The position numbers and the translations under genes are program-made. From assembly GCA_043803945.1 (NCBI GenBank), contig JAZDJN010000091.1, positions 32,001 to 96,000 on the forward strand: 64,000 nucleotides of DNA, written 5' to 3'. This DNA is from a bacterium (GTDB lineage: Bacteria > Bacteroidota > Ignavibacteria > UBA10030). A model generated the notes under the pieces. It ran no database searches. It saw only the letters and a program-made list of their open reading frames with translations, and was not told the DNA's origin. The first letter of the stretch is position 1. Each line of letters starts with the position of its first letter. Shown piece by piece: positions 1 through 9,816 of the stretch.

Positions 1-48
1 AAGGATTAAAGCCCATTCAACCGATTTAAATCGGTGCTCCGTCTTCAA
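1..48 (-). CDS. possible 5' end of a gene running off the window (MKTEHRFKSVEWALIL...)
   Basis: TTG start at 48 preceded by GAGGAG/GAGG; frame open to the edge; TTGATT-16-TATCTT promoter-like sequence just upstream. Confidence 0.3.
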   Translation of the reverse strand, partial: MKTEHRFKSVEWALIL

Positions 49-118
49 CCTCAACTCCTCATTTTTGATAATTGTCGGACACAAGATAGCAGAAAATCAG
101 CGAAAATCAAAGGTTTCA

Positions 119-1951
119 TTATTCAACCGTTACACTTTTTGCCAGATTTCTTGGCTGGTCAACGTTCGTTCCGCGGGCAACGGCAATGTAATATGCAAGC
201 AACTGCAACGGAATGACATTCAGAATAGGACCGAAGAAACCATAGGTACGAGGTACGCGGATTACATACTCGGACAGAGCGTCGATGTCGTGGTCATCTT
301 CATTCGCAATGGCAATGACTCTGCCTTTCCGCGCCCGAACTTCCTGAACGTTACTCATCACTTTGTCATAGATAGCGTCTTTAGGTACTATGCAGACCAC
401 CGGCATCCGTTCATCAATGAGGGCGATCGGGCCATGTTTCATTTCGGCAGCCGGATATCCTTCAGCATGAATGTAGGATATCTCCTTCAGTTTCAATGCA
501 CCTTCAAGTGCCACCGGAAAATTTGAACCGCGTCCGAGATAAAGAAAATTTTGAACATTCTTGAACTGCGCGGCGATCACCTGGATTTGGGTAAGATTGC
601 TGAGAACCTGCTGCACCTTCCCCGGTATGGCGGCCAACTCATGGGTAAGAACACGAGCCTCCTCTTTCGTCATTCCCCGCAATCGGGCAGCGAAGAGTGT
701 GATTAAGGCAAGCACTGTAAGCTGTGATGTGAATGCCTTTGTCGATGCGACACCGATTTCCGGGCCGGCATGGATATAAACGCCGCCTTCTGTTTCCCGT
801 GCAATCGAACTGCCCACGACATTCACAATTCCAAGAACTGTCGCACCCTTCGCTTTTGCCTCCCGTACGGCAGCGAGTGTGTCTGCAGTCTCACCGCTTT
901 GACTAATTACAAAAACGACATCCTGACTTGAAACCAGCGGATTGCGATAGCGAAATTCAGAGGCGTATTCCACCTCGGTCGGAATTTTGGCAATTTGCTC
1001 AAGCATATATTCGCCAACGAGCGCGGCGTGCCACGATGTTCCGCAAGCGACGAGAATGATCCGGTTTGCGGATTTGAGTTTTTCTGTAACCTGTTCCAAT
1101 CCGCCCAGCTTCACTTCTCCCTCTTCCACCAGAAGGCGCCCCCTCATCGCGTTCTGCACTGTCTCGGGCTGCTCGAAGATTTCCTTCAGCATAAAATGAT
1201 CATAACCGCCACGTTCGATCTGCTCCAGTTCCAGTGTGGTACGTTCAACCTCTTTCGTAATGGTAACATCGCCGAGAGTTTTTGTATGAACACCCTCTCT
1301 GGTAACAATAGCCACTTCCTCATCATCCAGATAGGAAATCTTCCGCGTATGTGCAACAAGTGCCGCAGCGTCGGAAGCAATGAGGTATTCATCATCACCA
1401 TACCCGATGACAATTGGGCTTCCTTTTCGGGCGACGATCAAGGCATCCGGCTGATGTTCGCTCATTACGACAAGTCCATAGGTTCCTTCAACCTGGATAA
1501 GGGTTTTTCGAACTGCCTCCTCTAATGATCGGCTCTCTTGCATAAACTGCTCGATGAGATGGGAGAGCACTTCGGTATCGGTTTCAGAACGGAACTGATG
1601 TCCGTCGTGTAACAGCTTCTGCTTTAGCACCCGATAATTCTCTATGACCCCATTATGGATGACCACGAGCTTTTGATGACAGTCATAATGCGGATGTGCA
1701 TTGATTTCTGTTGGCTCCCCGTGAGTCGCCCATCGTGTGTGTCCAATACCGATGGTCGATTGCGATGATTCCGGAGGTAGTGCCTTGATAAGGGTTGAGA
1801 CTTTACCGACGCGCCTGGTGATTGCGAGCCTGGCATCGGCAAGATAGGCAACGCCAGCCGAATCGTACCCGCGATATTCCAGCCGCCGTAAACCTTCAAC
1901 GACTATTCCTACTGCCTGTCGAGACCCGATATAACCAACAATTCCACACAT
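119..1951 (-). CDS. glmS: glutamine--fructose-6-phosphate aminotransferase
   Basis: N-terminal MCGIVG, GHTRWATHG, SQSGETADT, C-terminal QPRNLAKSVTVE; 610 aa. Confidence 0.98.
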   Translation of the reverse strand: MCGIVGYIGSRQAVGIVVEGLRRLEYRGYDSAGVAYLADARLAITRRVGKVSTLIKALPPESSQSTIGIGHTRWATHGEPTEINAHPHYDCHQKLVVIHNGVIENYRVLKQKLLHDGHQFRSETDTEVLSHLIEQFMQESRSLEEAVRKTLIQVEGTYGLVVMSEHQPDALIVARKGSPIVIGYGDDEYLIASDAAALVAHTRKISYLDDEEVAIVTREGVHTKTLGDVTITKEVERTTLELEQIERGGYDHFMLKEIFEQPETVQNAMRGRLLVEEGEVKLGGLEQVTEKLKSANRIILVACGTSWHAALVGEYMLEQIAKIPTEVEYASEFRYRNPLVSSQDVVFVISQSGETADTLAAVREAKAKGATVLGIVNVVGSSIARETEGGVYIHAGPEIGVASTKAFTSQLTVLALITLFAARLRGMTKEEARVLTHELAAIPGKVQQVLSNLTQIQVIAAQFKNVQNFLYLGRGSNFPVALEGALKLKEISYIHAEGYPAAEMKHGPIALIDERMPVVCIVPKDAIYDKVMSNVQEVRARKGRVIAIANEDDHDIDALSEYVIRVPRTYGFFGPILNVIPLQLLAYYIAVARGTNVDQPRNLAKSVTVE

Positions 1952-1963
1952 GGTAATCCCTTT

Positions 1964-2713
1964 CTATGGTTGCTTCATAACGATACTCGCCATCATTCTC
2001 CCCGATTTCTCGCGGTCACGTCTGTAAGAATGAAAGAGTTGAGCATTGCAGATTGTACAATGGGGTGCAATTTCAATATTTGTCTGACTCAATCCCTGCC
2101 GGAGCAATTGAAACTGATTTGCAGATTTCAGATCGAGAACTATTCTCTCCCCCCGCCGTTGTATGAATATTGCCTGGAATTGCGAGGCTACATCTTCTCC
2201 AACTTCATAGCAGCAAGGTCCAGCCGATGGGCCGATATAGGCTTTGAATGATGAGGGAGAACAGGAATATTTTTCGATCATTTGTTGAACCGCTCGTTCG
2301 ACAATTCCCTGGGCAGTTCCTCGCCAGCCAGCATGGATTGCTGCAATGACCATCCTCTCCGGATCAAAGAGCAAAATTGGCGTACAATCGGCTATTGTTA
2401 CTGCAAGTGCAAGGTTCGGCCTGTCAGTTATGAGTGCATCACATTCACCAACCGGCCCGGGCACAGTGACTGATTCCACCCGGCAGGAATGGATTTGCCT
2501 GGGATAGATAACAAGCGAGGGCTCGATTTCAAGCTGAGAAAAAAATAGCTCCCGATTCCTGATTACATTTTCCCGAGCATCGCCGATATTAAAACTCAGG
2601 CTCATCGAGAGCGGATCCGGACTGACACCGCCAAGGCGTGTACTGACAGCACACCGAATCTGTGGAAATAGAAGAAAGACAGATGGAATGATAATGGGAA
2701 TCTCAGGTTTCAT
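1964..2713 (-). CDS. pgeF: YfiH/PgeF family purine nucleoside phosphorylase / peptidoglycan editing factor
   Basis: QIHS, DALIT, ADCTP, HAGWRG, GPSAGPCCYEVG, SYRR...GRM motifs. Confidence 0.93.
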   Translation of the reverse strand: MKPEIPIIIPSVFLLFPQIRCAVSTRLGGVSPDPLSMSLSFNIGDARENVIRNRELFFSQLEIEPSLVIYPRQIHSCRVESVTVPGPVGECDALITDRPNLALAVTIADCTPILLFDPERMVIAAIHAGWRGTAQGIVERAVQQMIEKYSCSPSSFKAYIGPSAGPCCYEVGEDVASQFQAIFIQRRGERIVLDLKSANQFQLLRQGLSQTNIEIAPHCTICNAQLFHSYRRDREKSGRMMASIVMKQP

Positions 2714-5700
2714 ATCCGGAGGTCAATGGAATCTGAATCTCAATCGTTGTTCCCACTCTAACACTGCTTCGAATCCCGATAGTTCCATTTAAATCTTCGA
2801 TGATCTTACGGCAGATTGCCAGCCCTAATCCCATCCCTTCTGTTTTTGTTGAAAAGTTCGGTTCAAACACCTTCGACTGTAATTCCTCTGGAATTCCAGG
2901 CCCGGTATCGGTGATCATGATCCGGCATCGATTATCATTCACGATGGATTCAACAGTCACCATTCCATTGCTGCCCATCGCCTGGATACTGTTGCGGAAG
3001 AGATTGATAAACACTCTCCGGAGTTCATCACTATCGGCGATCAATTCCACCGGATCATTTCCAATCCGGGTTTGAAATTCGACGCCCTTGATCTCAGAGA
3101 AAAGATGAATTGTATCCTGAATGATTTTTTGAAGGTCGACGCGCTCGAACCGCCGGTGCGGCATTCGTGCGAAGTTAGAGAACTCTGACGCGATCCGTGT
3201 CAATGTATCGATCTGATCGAGAATAGTCTGACTTACCCGTTCAAGAATAGAACCGAACTCCGCAACACTGTCTTTATAAGCCTGCTGAAGGTGTTGAATC
3301 GAGAGTTTAATGGGGGTCAGCGGGTTTTTAATTTCGTGAGCAACCTGTTTAGCCATCTCCTTCCAGGCCAGTTCCCGTTCAGCGCGTGCCAGATTCGCCC
3401 TGTTGGCTTCCAATTCCTCAATCATGGTATTGAAGGAGCGGACCAACCTTCCGACTTCATCGTCGCTGTGCGGAGTAATCCGGACGGAGAGATCACCATG
3501 GCCAACTTGTTCAGCGGCGTACGATAAATCCTGAAGAGGTTTGGATAATTTACTGGCGATGAAGAAAGCGATGATTCCAATACCCCCCAGCACGGAAGCG
3601 TAAAGGCCAATGAGGAATGCGTTCCTTTGTGCAATGTCTTCCTCAATTTCATCCTGTCGATTAAGAACTGCGACAGAAAGTACTCCCAGCAATAGATCGT
3701 CTTTAATAATCGGGCGGTATCCAACGACATATTCAACTTCGCCAATACGTTCGATGTCCTTAAAAAATTCACGTTGCAGCAACGCGGCGTTGACGAAAGC
3801 GTTTGCACTCAGTCGTTCGTCGAGGATGGCAGCTTTGAACAGCTCTGGCCGGCTGCTCGCATGCACAAGGGAGGTGCCATACACCGTAAAATCGGTCCCC
3901 AACTCCGAAGAGATACTTTCACAGTAATCGTCTGTGATGCCCCGTATAAAATCTTCTTCACTTTCGATCGTCTGAGAAATCCTCTGATGGAGAAGGTCGA
4001 GATCACGTGAGAGCCGCCGTGTCACACTCTCATCCACCCGTTCAATGGCAAGTTCTCTATTGTAGTAGGCCATTACAAAGAGTGGAACAATCGCCAGCAG
4101 AGTAAATGTAAGGATGAGTTTATCGCGGAAATCGAGCCCGATCGCTTTCCCCCGCAACAGCCGCTGGATAAGCCATCCGAGAAGAACGATTCCAGAATAA
4201 AATAAATAAAGGCTGAGGGATTTCACAAAATTATAAATATACCAACGAATCGTAAGCGGCGGGACACTGATTCCTAGGATTCGCTCCGGGGAAACCTCAT
4301 CACGCACAAACAAGATATCACGCTGGACGTTGTCATTGTCATAATCGTACCACATCATCCTGAGGCCTCGGTTGTTCAGTTCCTCCGGAACTCCCTGCGG
4401 CAACGGCATACCACGATAGAAAGCATCGTCGGTGGTTGATTGAAGAATTCCATCACGATATTCACTGATGGAAAGCGTTCTGAGGCCCAGTTTCAATTTC
4501 TCTTCGGTAAGCGACCTCAGTGGAGCCGGAGCTTCTCCCTGGAATAATGTGTGCTGACCTGCAGAAAGCATGAGTGCGACATACCCAAAAGGACGCCCCT
4601 CCTCATCGAGTAATGGGCTCCACTCTCCATAGTCCCGTAACGTCCCTTCCGAGGTTCCTCGTTCTTGAACATTGAGAGATTCCTCTTCCTTTGAAAAAAT
4701 GTTCGCCAAAATTTCACGCTGCTGGTAAGCGGTGATCCCGACGGAAAACCGGCTGATTTCTCTTCGCTGTGCATTGTAGACATACAACGCAGAATTATAA
4801 CCTTCCCGGCTGATCTGCGTTTGAACCCAGAGAGAGAATGCCAGTGTCGAGGAGCGTAATGAATCGAAGTCACCCGATTTAAACAATTCATGAGCTTTAT
4901 CAGCGACTGAACGAACACCATCCGAAACAAGAAACGAATGCCACCGATCAATCGGCTGGGATATTTCGTACGCTAATTCTTCAATTTTCTGCTGTTCACG
5001 AATATACAGCTTTGAGTCAAGTATGAGATTAGAGAGGATAAAGACTGCTCCCATGGCAAGAAATAAGTACCTGATTTTTTGGCGCGGGAGGATTTTCTTC
5101 CCTCCGAGGAAATGTTCAAGACTCCAAACTGCAAAGAGGACAATTCCGAGTATCAGTCCGGTAAGCAGCGGTGACACTTGGGGAGTCTTATCAAGCAAGT
5201 AGTAGAAGAGCCATCCGATAACGAGGAGCAGTATCATGAGCAGCCATTCAACAGATTCCTGCAGCCGTTTCCCGCTGATCTCCTGGAGAATTCTCCTGAG
5301 GAACGAAACGATCATGCCGGCTATGACAAGGAAACAGAAAGTTACAGCAGCAATGTTAAGGTGCATCAGAAGAAGCGAGGCATCCGGTGTCATCGATCGG
5401 GGATCTTGATAGTTGATTGTCGAGTCGAACACCACACTCCGTAACGCCGCTCCATAGCCACGGATTAACCAGAAGACAACCGTGCTTATTACAAGCATAA
5501 TAAGTACGGCGACAATTTCCCTCAATGGAGTCCTGAGCCTGAGCAGCAGCCGTGGAGGCCGAATCTCAAACCTGAACACTGTTGTTGCCAGGAGGGAGAC
5601 CGATAACACCAGAGCAACTGTGGAGATTGTAAGATCGCCCAGAGAGCTGACTATGTCGAACCCGAATGGCGACCCAAATGGAATAGAGGAAAACAATGAT

Positions 5701-6638
5701 CCGCCGATAAGTTGGGAGGGAAAATCCAGCAGCCTCCATCCATAACGCACTGCCCAAATCAGAAGTATTTGCAGACTCACCCGGAACAATACTCTCAAGC
5801 GATTCAGAACAGGGAAAAGTATAGCGGCGAGCAGAATCATCGCAAAGGAAGTCCAGGCATTAATCCAATTCGTGATTAAACGATCAAATTCTTCGAGATC
5901 AACTTCGGGGCTAAGTTTGGGTGAAGTTAACGAGGCGAGAACTTTTCCCTGCAAATCCAGGAGCGAAATGGAATAATTCTCCAGCGCTGCAATCCCCTGC
6001 TGAGCTTCTCCCACACTCAATTCCATCGGCAGCGACAGCTCACGTGAAAGGTCATCCGCGAAACTTGAAGGAGCTATGAATCGATTGGAGATCGGATAAT
6101 TGACCTCTAAGGGAGCGCTCACCAGGATATAACATTGCATCCGCGGCACGTAGGTGCCGAACATGAGATTGGTACGAAGATCAGCACGCAAAATTGTGAG
6201 GAAGGTATCCGCTGCTGCATCATGGAGTAAAACCTCGTATTCAGATCTGATCGCTCTTCCCGACCAGGCCAGAACCACACCATGCGGATCAACAAGATCG
6301 ACAGTAATTTTCTCCGGAAAGAGATATTGCTGCAAACGTTTAAAGAGTCGAGCCAAATCATCCGGGTTGGTCGGAGCAGTGGGAACCATCAGCAGTGTAT
6401 CATGGTAGAGTCTGGTGGAAATGCTCCGGAGTTCATCCACACGCTGGTGAAACCGATTTCGGATAACTTCCCGGATATTCTGCTGCAGAATTGCTTCCCG
6501 TTCAGACCACCGGCTCGCACTGTACGAATGGACCATCTGCTTGTAGAGACTCAAACCGAGTACGATGGCCAGAGAAATAAAAAAGCCCCAGACGGCGGGG
6601 CGCTTCCGAAGAGAACTGGTCAAGAATGCAGAAGTCAT
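2703..6638 (-). CDS. large multi-TM sensor histidine kinase (NtrY-like HAMP-HisKA-HATPase C-terminus)
   Basis: many TM segments, HAMP, WKEMAKQVAHEIKNPLTP H-box, N box, DTGPG, FSTK, GMGLGL. Confidence 0.9.
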   Translation of the reverse strand: MTSAFLTSSLRKRPAVWGFFISLAIVLGLSLYKQMVHSYSASRWSEREAILQQNIREVIRNRFHQRVDELRSISTRLYHDTLLMVPTAPTNPDDLARLFKRLQQYLFPEKITVDLVDPHGVVLAWSGRAIRSEYEVLLHDAAADTFLTILRADLRTNLMFGTYVPRMQCYILVSAPLEVNYPISNRFIAPSSFADDLSRELSLPMELSVGEAQQGIAALENYSISLLDLQGKVLASLTSPKLSPEVDLEEFDRLITNWINAWTSFAMILLAAILFPVLNRLRVLFRVSLQILLIWAVRYGWRLLDFPSQLIGGSLFSSIPFGSPFGFDIVSSLGDLTISTVALVLSVSLLATTVFRFEIRPPRLLLRLRTPLREIVAVLIMLVISTVVFWLIRGYGAALRSVVFDSTINYQDPRSMTPDASLLLMHLNIAAVTFCFLVIAGMIVSFLRRILQEISGKRLQESVEWLLMILLLVIGWLFYYLLDKTPQVSPLLTGLILGIVLFAVWSLEHFLGGKKILPRQKIRYLFLAMGAVFILSNLILDSKLYIREQQKIEELAYEISQPIDRWHSFLVSDGVRSVADKAHELFKSGDFDSLRSSTLAFSLWVQTQISREGYNSALYVYNAQRREISRFSVGITAYQQREILANIFSKEEESLNVQERGTSEGTLRDYGEWSPLLDEEGRPFGYVALMLSAGQHTLFQGEAPAPLRSLTEEKLKLGLRTLSISEYRDGILQSTTDDAFYRGMPLPQGVPEELNNRGLRMMWYDYDNDNVQRDILFVRDEVSPERILGISVPPLTIRWYIYNFVKSLSLYLFYSGIVLLGWLIQRLLRGKAIGLDFRDKLILTFTLLAIVPLFVMAYYNRELAIERVDESVTRRLSRDLDLLHQRISQTIESEEDFIRGITDDYCESISSELGTDFTVYGTSLVHASSRPELFKAAILDERLSANAFVNAALLQREFFKDIERIGEVEYVVGYRPIIKDDLLLGVLSVAVLNRQDEIEEDIAQRNAFLIGLYASVLGGIGIIAFFIASKLSKPLQDLSYAAEQVGHGDLSVRITPHSDDEVGRLVRSFNTMIEELEANRANLARAERELAWKEMAKQVAHEIKNPLTPIKLSIQHLQQAYKDSVAEFGSILERVSQTILDQIDTLTRIASEFSNFARMPHRRFERVDLQKIIQDTIHLFSEIKGVEFQTRIGNDPVELIADSDELRRVFINLFRNSIQAMGSNGMVTVESIVNDNRCRIMITDTGPGIPEELQSKVFEPNFSTKTEGMGLGLAICRKIIEDLNGTIGIRSSVRVGTTIEIQIPLTSGYET

Positions 6639-6649
6639 TCAGATTGTTA

Positions 6650-7126
6650 TTAATAAATATTGAACTGGTTAATCACCCACTGCGATTGCTGCTTGACGAG
6701 GGAAACATACACCTGAGCGTACTCTTTTACCCCCTTTTTCACAAAAGTCAGCCTTCCAATAGCGAAAGGAGGAGATCCATCATCATGAAATCGTGAAAAC
6801 GAAAAGGACGAAGGTCTTTGCTGGATAAAATAGCTTCGGATGATGGAGGCCGCCTGATTGGCAGAATAGTATCCGCCTTCCGAGCCATGGACATTGACAA
6901 GAACCTGACGTGCGAAGCGATCGGACGATGATCCTATGGCGGACTCAAGTATTTCTCGTTCAATCTCTGAGAATAACTCACGGACCTGCGCCACGGGAGG
7001 GCGATTCCTATCAGTGAGCGTGTTACTAACGGATTCTTTTTTTTGCCTTCGGGGTATAAGTGAACGAATCTGTGCATCGGCAGAAACGACATAGACGATC
7101 ATCAATATGACGAGCACCCTGTTCAT
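6650..7126 (-). CDS. exported protein, DUF4783-like
   Basis: signal peptide from MNRVLV (ADA-Q cleavage); 'GYYSANQA..I..YF' resembles DUF4783; start moved to ATG 7126. Confidence 0.6.
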   Translation of the reverse strand: MNRVLVILMIVYVVSADAQIRSLIPRRQKKESVSNTLTDRNRPPVAQVRELFSEIEREILESAIGSSSDRFARQVLVNVHGSEGGYYSANQAASIIRSYFIQQRPSSFSFSRFHDDGSPPFAIGRLTFVKKGVKEYAQVYVSLVKQQSQWVINQFNIY

Positions 7127-7203
7127 GATTAGTGGCAAAGTATCAGAAAAGCATCTAAAAATCAACCAGTCCACGTTTTCCTTTTTTTCAAGTCGCTTTC
7201 AAT

Positions 7204-7261
7204 AAAAAGCGACACTTTCTTCTTCCAGATTGCCTCTCGCCTTGGTGATAGAAAGTGTCGC
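7204..7261 (-). terminator. intrinsic terminator after the lipoprotein gene
   Basis: 12-bp inverted repeat GCGACACTTTCT/AGAAAGTGTCGC with a long loop, followed by T5 on the minus strand. Confidence 0.55.
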
Positions 7262-7285
7262 CAATATACTGCTTCCTCGTGCTGC

Positions 7286-8086
7286 TTATTCTCCGGGATG
7301 ATGTAGCTTCATTTCAATCTTTCGTTTTCCATCGGGGGGCAGATTGCGCTTCAGTGCAAGATTTCCCTTTACAAGTTGGTATGCCCAATCGAATTTAATC
7401 TGCAGATCCTTCGCCTCTCTGACACGAACCTTGGCGTAGTGATCATCCCATGTCCAGATGATGTAGAGATGACCCGGAACAGCTTCAACGGATCGTGACG
7501 GCACCCACCCAGCAGTCGGAGCAATGGTGATGTCATCGAGCGATTCCGTATAGCCCATATCCAAAATATCGCTGTCCTCCCACACATTGAGATAATAACG
7601 ACCATTATAGGTTTCATAATAGACATCCGTATATTCATCATTGAACTTGCCAATCGAGTAGGTCGAGAAATCATAACCGGCATTGTTGGGTGAAGTCGCA
7701 AAGTTTGAGAGCCAGACTCCAAATCCTTCAGGACGCGGTGTAGCATAAATCACATCACGGCTCATTTCGCTTTCATTTCCTTCAAAATCGTACGCCGTCA
7801 CTCCATAGTAATAGAGCAGAGCGTTCTTGGCATCCAGGTCTTCAAACGTTGTTCTGGTTGTGGTACCAATTTTCAAGTAGCGTCCATCATATCGCTCACT
7901 CACCCAAATATGATAGCCGGCGACATCCGGTTCAGTATTTTTTAGCCAATCAATCTGAACGGAATTATCGAGCGCCAGTACCTGCAAGCCACGCGGCGAA
8001 GCAGGCGGCGTGGTATCGATTAGAAAGTCTTTATCGCAGCCGAAAAAGATGAGGCTGAAGAGTAGTATGGTCATTTGCTTTTTCAT
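7286..8086 (-). CDS. lipoprotein with fibronectin type III-like domain
   Basis: lipobox FFGC; PPASPRGL...W...Y...YYYGVTAYD FN3 pattern. Confidence 0.8.
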   Translation of the reverse strand: MKKQMTILLFSLIFFGCDKDFLIDTTPPASPRGLQVLALDNSVQIDWLKNTEPDVAGYHIWVSERYDGRYLKIGTTTRTTFEDLDAKNALLYYYGVTAYDFEGNESEMSRDVIYATPRPEGFGVWLSNFATSPNNAGYDFSTYSIGKFNDEYTDVYYETYNGRYYLNVWEDSDILDMGYTESLDDITIAPTAGWVPSRSVEAVPGHLYIIWTWDDHYAKVRVREAKDLQIKFDWAYQLVKGNLALKRNLPPDGKRKIEMKLHHPGE

Positions 8087-8120
8087 AGATCCTCCAGAAA
8101 TTGAATTCTACACTATGAAG

Positions 8121-8136
8121 TTCAAAGGGTGTGCCA
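8121..8136 (-). promoter_or_regulatory. possible sigma54 (-24/-12) promoter
   Basis: TGGCAC-N5-TTGA with correct spacing, ~35 nt upstream of the ATG; the -12 element deviates from TTGC. Confidence 0.4.
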
Positions 8137-8221
8137 AAAACAGCAGGTGTAATTTTTGCCGTAAAATACAGAGGCAAGCACAGAAGTGTCTGATTTCCTG
8201 GAGGTTTCGTTCAGAAATGTA

Positions 8222-8255
8222 AACAACAAAGGCGGCCCCGACGAGGACCGCCTTT
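8222..8255 (-). terminator. intrinsic terminator
   Basis: AAAGGCGGTCC-TCGTCG-GGGCCGCCTTT followed by GTTGTTT. Confidence 0.7.
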
Positions 8256-8338
8256 CTGATCCGAGGTAGTTGCCGAAAAATCCACTCTCAGCAAAGGAGT
8301 GAACCGCCCCCGATGAATCGGGGCCAAGAACACCAAGA
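8222..8338 (-). ncRNA. candidate small RNA (~115 nt) with two hairpins and a terminator
   Basis: hairpin GCCCCGAT/ATCGGGGGC; hairpin TTCACTC/GAGTGGA carrying CTCCTTT; terminator AAAGGCGG..CCGCCTTT; no ORF. Confidence 0.4.
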
Positions 8339-8379
8339 GATTTTATAATTCTGATTGAAAATGCAATTCTAATACCACT

Positions 8380-8497
8380 ATGGCGCTCTCGGCGTCTTGC
8401 CCGCCTGCGTGCCTGCCTGCGCTGCCGCTCCGGCAGACAGGCCGAAGGCGCTTCCGCCTACACTTCGTTTCGGACAGGTCGGCAGGCAGGGCGGTTT
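8380..8497. repeat. nested GC-rich palindromic (REP-like) repeat cluster
   Basis: CCCGCCTGC...GCAGGCAGG (8400-8490) with further internal CCTGCCTGC/CCGCCTAC units, interrupting a GGCGTCTTG|GCGGT repeat. Confidence 0.6.
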
Positions 8498-8520
8498 AAT
8501 TTTTCAGCACTTGCTAGACC

Positions 8521-9804
8521 TTACTGAAGGTAACTCTTATCGTTATTTATAATGCCAATTGCCCTCCCTTTCAATTTGCGGCCATGGAAAGGAGAGTTCT
8601 TGGATTTGGACTTGAATGCTTTGATATCAACGACCCACTCCCCATAAGGATCGAGCAGCGTGAGATTTGCCTTCTCACCTTCAGCAATGGTAATCTGCGG
8701 GAGTGAGAGGATGTGTCGCGGATTGGTTGTGAATTTTTCAATGAGCTGGAAAAGAGTGAGATACTTCGATTCAACAAGTTCAGAGATAGAGAGGCCGATG
8801 GCTGTCTCGAGTCCCACAATGCCAAACGGTGCCTGGGTGTACTCCACCTCCTTTTCGTCGATGGTATGCGGGGCATGATCAGTCGCAATGGCATCAATCG
8901 TCCCATCGCGTAAACCTTCCTTGATGGCCATAACATCGTCACGGGAACGCAATGGCGGATTCATCTTGGTATTCGTATCAAAGCTGCCGACGGCTTCCTC
9001 CGTGAGAGAGAAATGATGCGGTGCTACTTCGCATGTGGCCAACAATCGTTCGACTTTTGCTTTCCGCACCAAGTCGATCGATGGAGCCGTACTGATATGA
9101 TCAACGTGGTACCGTGCTTTCTGGATATATCGAAGGAGAATAAGATCGCGTGCAATAATCAACTCTTCGGCTACCGGCGGAATTCCAACCATGCCGAGTC
9201 TGGTCGAGGTGAAGCTTTCATTCATGAGTCCGCCTTGAGTAAGCGTGGGTTCCTCGGCATGCTGCATGATCGGCAAGCCGAACATCGAGGAATATTCCAA
9301 CGCACGTCGCATGATCCCGGCACTCGCCACAACATTGCCATCGTCGGTAAAACCGACAACCCCGGCTTCAGCAAGTTCCGCCATGGGAGCAAGTTCTTCT
9401 CCTTTGCGCCCTTTCGTAATGGCAGCCACAGGATAGACATCAACGATGCCATCGCATACCTGTTTTCCTTTTTCGTGAACGTAGCGTGCGACCGATTCAT
9501 CGTCGATACAGGGATGTGTATTAGGCATGCAGCAGACCGCAGTGAATCCACCCGCCGCCGCCGACCGGCATCCGGTCTCTATTGTTTCTTTATGTTCAAA
9601 CCCCGGTTCACGGAGATGGACATGCATATCGATGAAGCCGGGCGAAATGACCTTTCCCTTCAGATCGATTGTTTGATACGATGCATCTGCAGAAAGATTC
9701 TTCCCCAGTTTCTCAATCCGTCCGTTAAGCAAAAGCAGATCGAGAGCTTCATCCCTTCCCGATGCCGGATCGATGAGTTGTCCGTTTTTCAATAACAGTT
9801 TCAT
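8521..9804 (-). CDS. pyrC: dihydroorotase (type I)
   Basis: DMHVHLREPG, MPNT, KMNPPLR, ATDHAPH. Confidence 0.96.
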   Translation of the reverse strand: MKLLLKNGQLIDPASGRDEALDLLLLNGRIEKLGKNLSADASYQTIDLKGKVISPGFIDMHVHLREPGFEHKETIETGCRSAAAGGFTAVCCMPNTHPCIDDESVARYVHEKGKQVCDGIVDVYPVAAITKGRKGEELAPMAELAEAGVVGFTDDGNVVASAGIMRRALEYSSMFGLPIMQHAEEPTLTQGGLMNESFTSTRLGMVGIPPVAEELIIARDLILLRYIQKARYHVDHISTAPSIDLVRKAKVERLLATCEVAPHHFSLTEEAVGSFDTNTKMNPPLRSRDDVMAIKEGLRDGTIDAIATDHAPHTIDEKEVEYTQAPFGIVGLETAIGLSISELVESKYLTLFQLIEKFTTNPRHILSLPQITIAEGEKANLTLLDPYGEWVVDIKAFKSKSKNSPFHGRKLKGRAIGIINNDKSYLQ

Positions 9805-9816
9805 ACTTCCCTCTTT

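Noticed and set aside
20-35. Perfect 16-bp palindrome ACCGATTTAAATCGGT
   Set aside because: Single copy and probably within a coding start.
60-118. Tn7-like end (TGTGTCCGACAAT) downstream of glmS
   Set aside because: The spacing differs from the Tn7 end, there are no repeated TnsB sites, and the region reads better as a promoter/RBS for the next gene.
1952-1963. glmS ribozyme
   Set aside because: Only 12 nt separate pgeF and glmS.
9013-9795. Long antisense ORFs (also 23511-24269, 25721-26392 and others)
   Set aside because: Shadow frames of well-supported genes, with no recognisable motifs.
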